Assembly: GCA_019057815.1 (NCBI GenBank)
Contig: JAHLWR010000004.1
Coordinates: 96,001 to 160,000, forward strand
Direction: 5' to 3'
Origin: Candidatus Heimdallarchaeota archaeon
GTDB taxonomy: Archaea; Asgardarchaeota; Heimdallarchaeia; Heimdallarchaeales; Heimdallarchaeaceae
DNA: 64,000 nucleotides
Shown: positions 61,531 through 64,000 of the stretch, one piece after another
How the letters are laid out: the number at the start of each line of letters is the position of its first letter
How positions within the stretch are numbered: the first letter of the stretch is position 1
Notes under the pieces: model-generated
What the model saw: only the letters and a program-made list of their open reading frames with translations
What the model was told of the DNA's origin: nothing
Databases searched by the model: none
Program-made: the position numbers and the translations under genes

Positions 61531-64000
61531 ATGCGTAATGGAATGAAGAAACAGATAGTATTATTTTCTTTTCTCTTAATATTCATGTTCTCAAGCCTTA
61601 CAACAGCTACAAATAAAGCTCTGATAACAGAAAATGATGATATCCCACTATTGCTTACCCCACAAAAAGATATCAATTATGTGAGAAGTAACATCCAAAT
61701 AGATGATCATAATAGGATTCATACAATTTATTATATTAGTTATGAGAATGGTACAAGTGTTATTCTGCATCAAGTAGGTAGCAATCTTACTGAAATATAT
61801 GTTTTGTTTTATGAGTATCTCACAATTGATGAATTAATAGCCATACCTGATGGTATTGCATTAGCTTTTACTTCTCAAGAAGGTTTTAAGAATCAAAATA
61901 TATTCCTTTACACATGGCAAGGAGGTCTGTTTAACACTGAATTAGTTGAAACAGTTTCAATGTATTACGTTGATATTCGCGTGTTTTCAGATGAAGAAGC
62001 GATTCATATCTTACACTCAAATAGAGCAAGATACGGGGAAGATCTCTACATAAACCATTTTCAATATTTTTATGTGAATGGATCCTCAAGTTCAGAGATT
62101 TATGATACTTCTTTCCAAACGTCTTATCTGCGAGATTTCTATTGGAACAATAGCAGTTTATATCTCTTTTTTCAATATTGGCAGTGGTTTGATAACGGGA
62201 CAGATAAAAGTTACTTAATTTTAAATAGAGTAAGTAAAAATAGTTATGAAAATATCACAAATATTGTTTCTAGCAACTATTGGTATCAGGATTGGTTAAC
62301 CTTCTCTGGAGATGGAATGTTTGAACTTGTTATATTCTACGATGGAGATCTCTATAGCAAGAGATATACTACAGATGGAGAAACTACTGAAACACTTGAT
62401 TTAGGAACCTTTACACTTATACCTCTTGACATATATTATTTAGATTATCTTTATGTTATTAGTTACGAGAGTGTTTCATATTATGTTTACAAACAAAGTT
62501 ATTATTATTTTGAAGAATTGACATCTATAGATTCAGAGTATAGTCAGAAAGCTGTTGTAACAGCTATAACACTGGAAAATGGTACAGTCATAAAAGAATC
62601 AATTGAAATAGGCAGTTCAACGGATGATTATAGATACTTTTCATATTATCCTTACTATTTTGAAAATGGTTCGTATATACTTTCTTATACTACAAGAGCT
62701 GATTCTAATAATCTTGAAAATTTGATATTAAACGAAGATGAGATTATCTCATTCAGTCTCTATTCAAATTGTGTTATTAGTCCATTAGAAACACCTATTC
62801 TCTACGGTCTAAAAAGTTTAACACCTTTCCAATATTTCATTAAAAAGTACTGGGCTGCATTTGTTGTCCCCCTAGCTGTTTTAGCTATATTGTATGGAAT
62901 ATTCTACAAGAAGGTTAACAAATCATTAAGAAAATTAAAGAATTATCTGATTCGCCCTATTAAAGCTGACAAAAACAAAATACAACTGATTTTAATAAAT
63001 CTCAGTTTGTTCTTTATAAACTCATCTCAGATTATCTTTATATTGTGGAAAGCAAATAAAAAGAGATTAATAATTAGTATATTAGGATTAACAATTTTAG
63101 CAACAATAATCATTTCGAGTACAACACTTTACGATTCTAAACGCTCTGGCATGATTCTACAATTCGTCGATGGTTTGGATTTACAAAACAATGGTGACCC
63201 ATCTATAGAATACAACATCTTTTTTGATTCTTCAGGAGTTGAAGGTCCAGTATTAAATGAAAACTTGAGTAGATATGCAGTTAACGAAATCATGTATAGA
63301 ATTAACTCTAACACAACATACTTATCAAAAATAATCTCCAGCTATTTTCATTCACTATCAGCAGATGTTGTACTCTCAAACATTATAGAAGATGGTATTG
63401 CTTACTATAGCACATACATGGGTTTACAATCAAATTATAGTTACTTAATGTCTTCTCTACTTGATGAAGGTAGGCTTCCAAACAGAAAAAATGAAATCAT
63501 TGCAACTCAATACACTCTAGATATTTTCAACATTGGAATTGATGATTATGTGAAAATCAATGGTTCAATAGATTCATCTCTCAATACATCTGAGCATGTT
63601 GTACTCAAAGTAGTTGGAGTTTATACAACTCCAAGCTATACAAAATTAATGACTTTGTGTCAAGAATTGAATGTTTCATATGATATTATAAACAATCTTA
63701 TCTGGAAATTGAATTCACCAATTATCACTTTCGATGATTATTTTTATGATAACTTAGAGAATTTAACCAATTATAGATTTTATCTCAATGGGTTTATGCA
63801 ATTTGTTTATGATTTTTCGGATCAAACAGGCGATTTTATAGAAAATGTTGTTGACGAATGCAAGCAGCTTTCAAAGAGTAGTCCATACCACTTAACATTT
63901 GCTTCTAATTCGCAATGGTCTTTTGGTACAGAGTTGAATTATGTGTTTAACTATCTTGATGATATTATGATGCAGACGCAGTTTATGATGGTACTTATAG
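61531..64000 (+). CDS. Large FtsX/MacB-like ABC permease with N-terminal ectodomain (runs off the window; absent from the ORF track)
   Basis: Frame from ATG 61531 open in every line translated; signal peptide, TM helices near 62850 and 63070, EGRLPNRKNEII and LKVVGVY. Confidence 0.8.
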   Translation, partial: MRNGMKKQIVLFSFLLIFMFSSLTTATNKALITENDDIPLLLTPQKDINYVRSNIQIDDHNRIHTIYYISYENGTSVILHQVGSNLTEIYVLFYEYLTIDELIAIPDGIALAFTSQEGFKNQNIFLYTWQGGLFNTELVETVSMYYVDIRVFSDEEAIHILHSNRARYGEDLYINHFQYFYVNGSSSSEIYDTSFQTSYLRDFYWNNSSLYLFFQYWQWFDNGTDKSYLILNRVSKNSYENITNIVSSNYWYQDWLTFSGDGMFELVIFYDGDLYSKRYTTDGETTETLDLGTFTLIPLDIYYLDYLYVISYESVSYYVYKQSYYYFEELTSIDSEYSQKAVVTAITLENGTVIKESIEIGSSTDDYRYFSYYPYYFENGSYILSYTTRADSNNLENLILNEDEIISFSLYSNCVISPLETPILYGLKSLTPFQYFIKKYWAAFVVPLAVLAILYGIFYKKVNKSLRKLKNYLIRPIKADKNKIQLILINLSLFFINSSQIIFILWKANKKRLIISILGLTILATIIISSTTLYDSKRSGMILQFVDGLDLQNNGDPSIEYNIFFDSSGVEGPVLNENLSRYAVNEIMYRINSNTTYLSKIISSYFHSLSADVVLSNIIEDGIAYYSTYMGLQSNYSYLMSSLLDEGRLPNRKNEIIATQYTLDIFNIGIDDYVKINGSIDSSLNTSEHVVLKVVGVYTTPSYTKLMTLCQELNVSYDIINNLIWKLNSPIITFDDYFYDNLENLTNYRFYLNGFMQFVYDFSDQTGDFIENVVDECKQLSKSSPYHLTFASNSQWSFGTELNYVFNYLDDIMMQTQFMMVLI

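Overview
AT-rich archaeal chromosomal segment. Gene content suggests an Asgard archaeon, probably Heimdallarchaeia-like (inference): longin-like proteins, a COMMD-like protein, and NosD/PPC surface proteins with TM plus basic tails. About 55 CDS cover transport, hydrolases, lipid/steroid-related enzymes, toxin-antitoxin pairs, surface proteins and glycogen phosphorylase, plus several decayed genes. I recognised no rRNA, tRNA or CRISPR array. The main signal is a family of transposase-less mobile elements: two TnpB-only elements (481-1875, 10504-11940), three related MITEs (9422-9675, 12322-12559, partial 18840-18915) and a 56-bp mini-element (12067-12122). They share imperfect terminal inverted repeats, a right end usually finishing in TCAT, and an ATNN 4-mer duplicated at both junctions. 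Two boundaries are confirmed because removing the element restores an interrupted host ORF. The MITEs keep the tnpB 3' (omegaRNA) hairpin with compensatory changes and look like stand-alone guide-RNA cassettes. Other highlights are an unidentified ~280-nt structured RNA upstream of glgP, a COMMD-like gene in an operon with a RelE system whose toxin has an ATC start, a stand-alone PKS/FAS-type ketosynthase, and a B12 enzyme/opine dehydrogenase pair.
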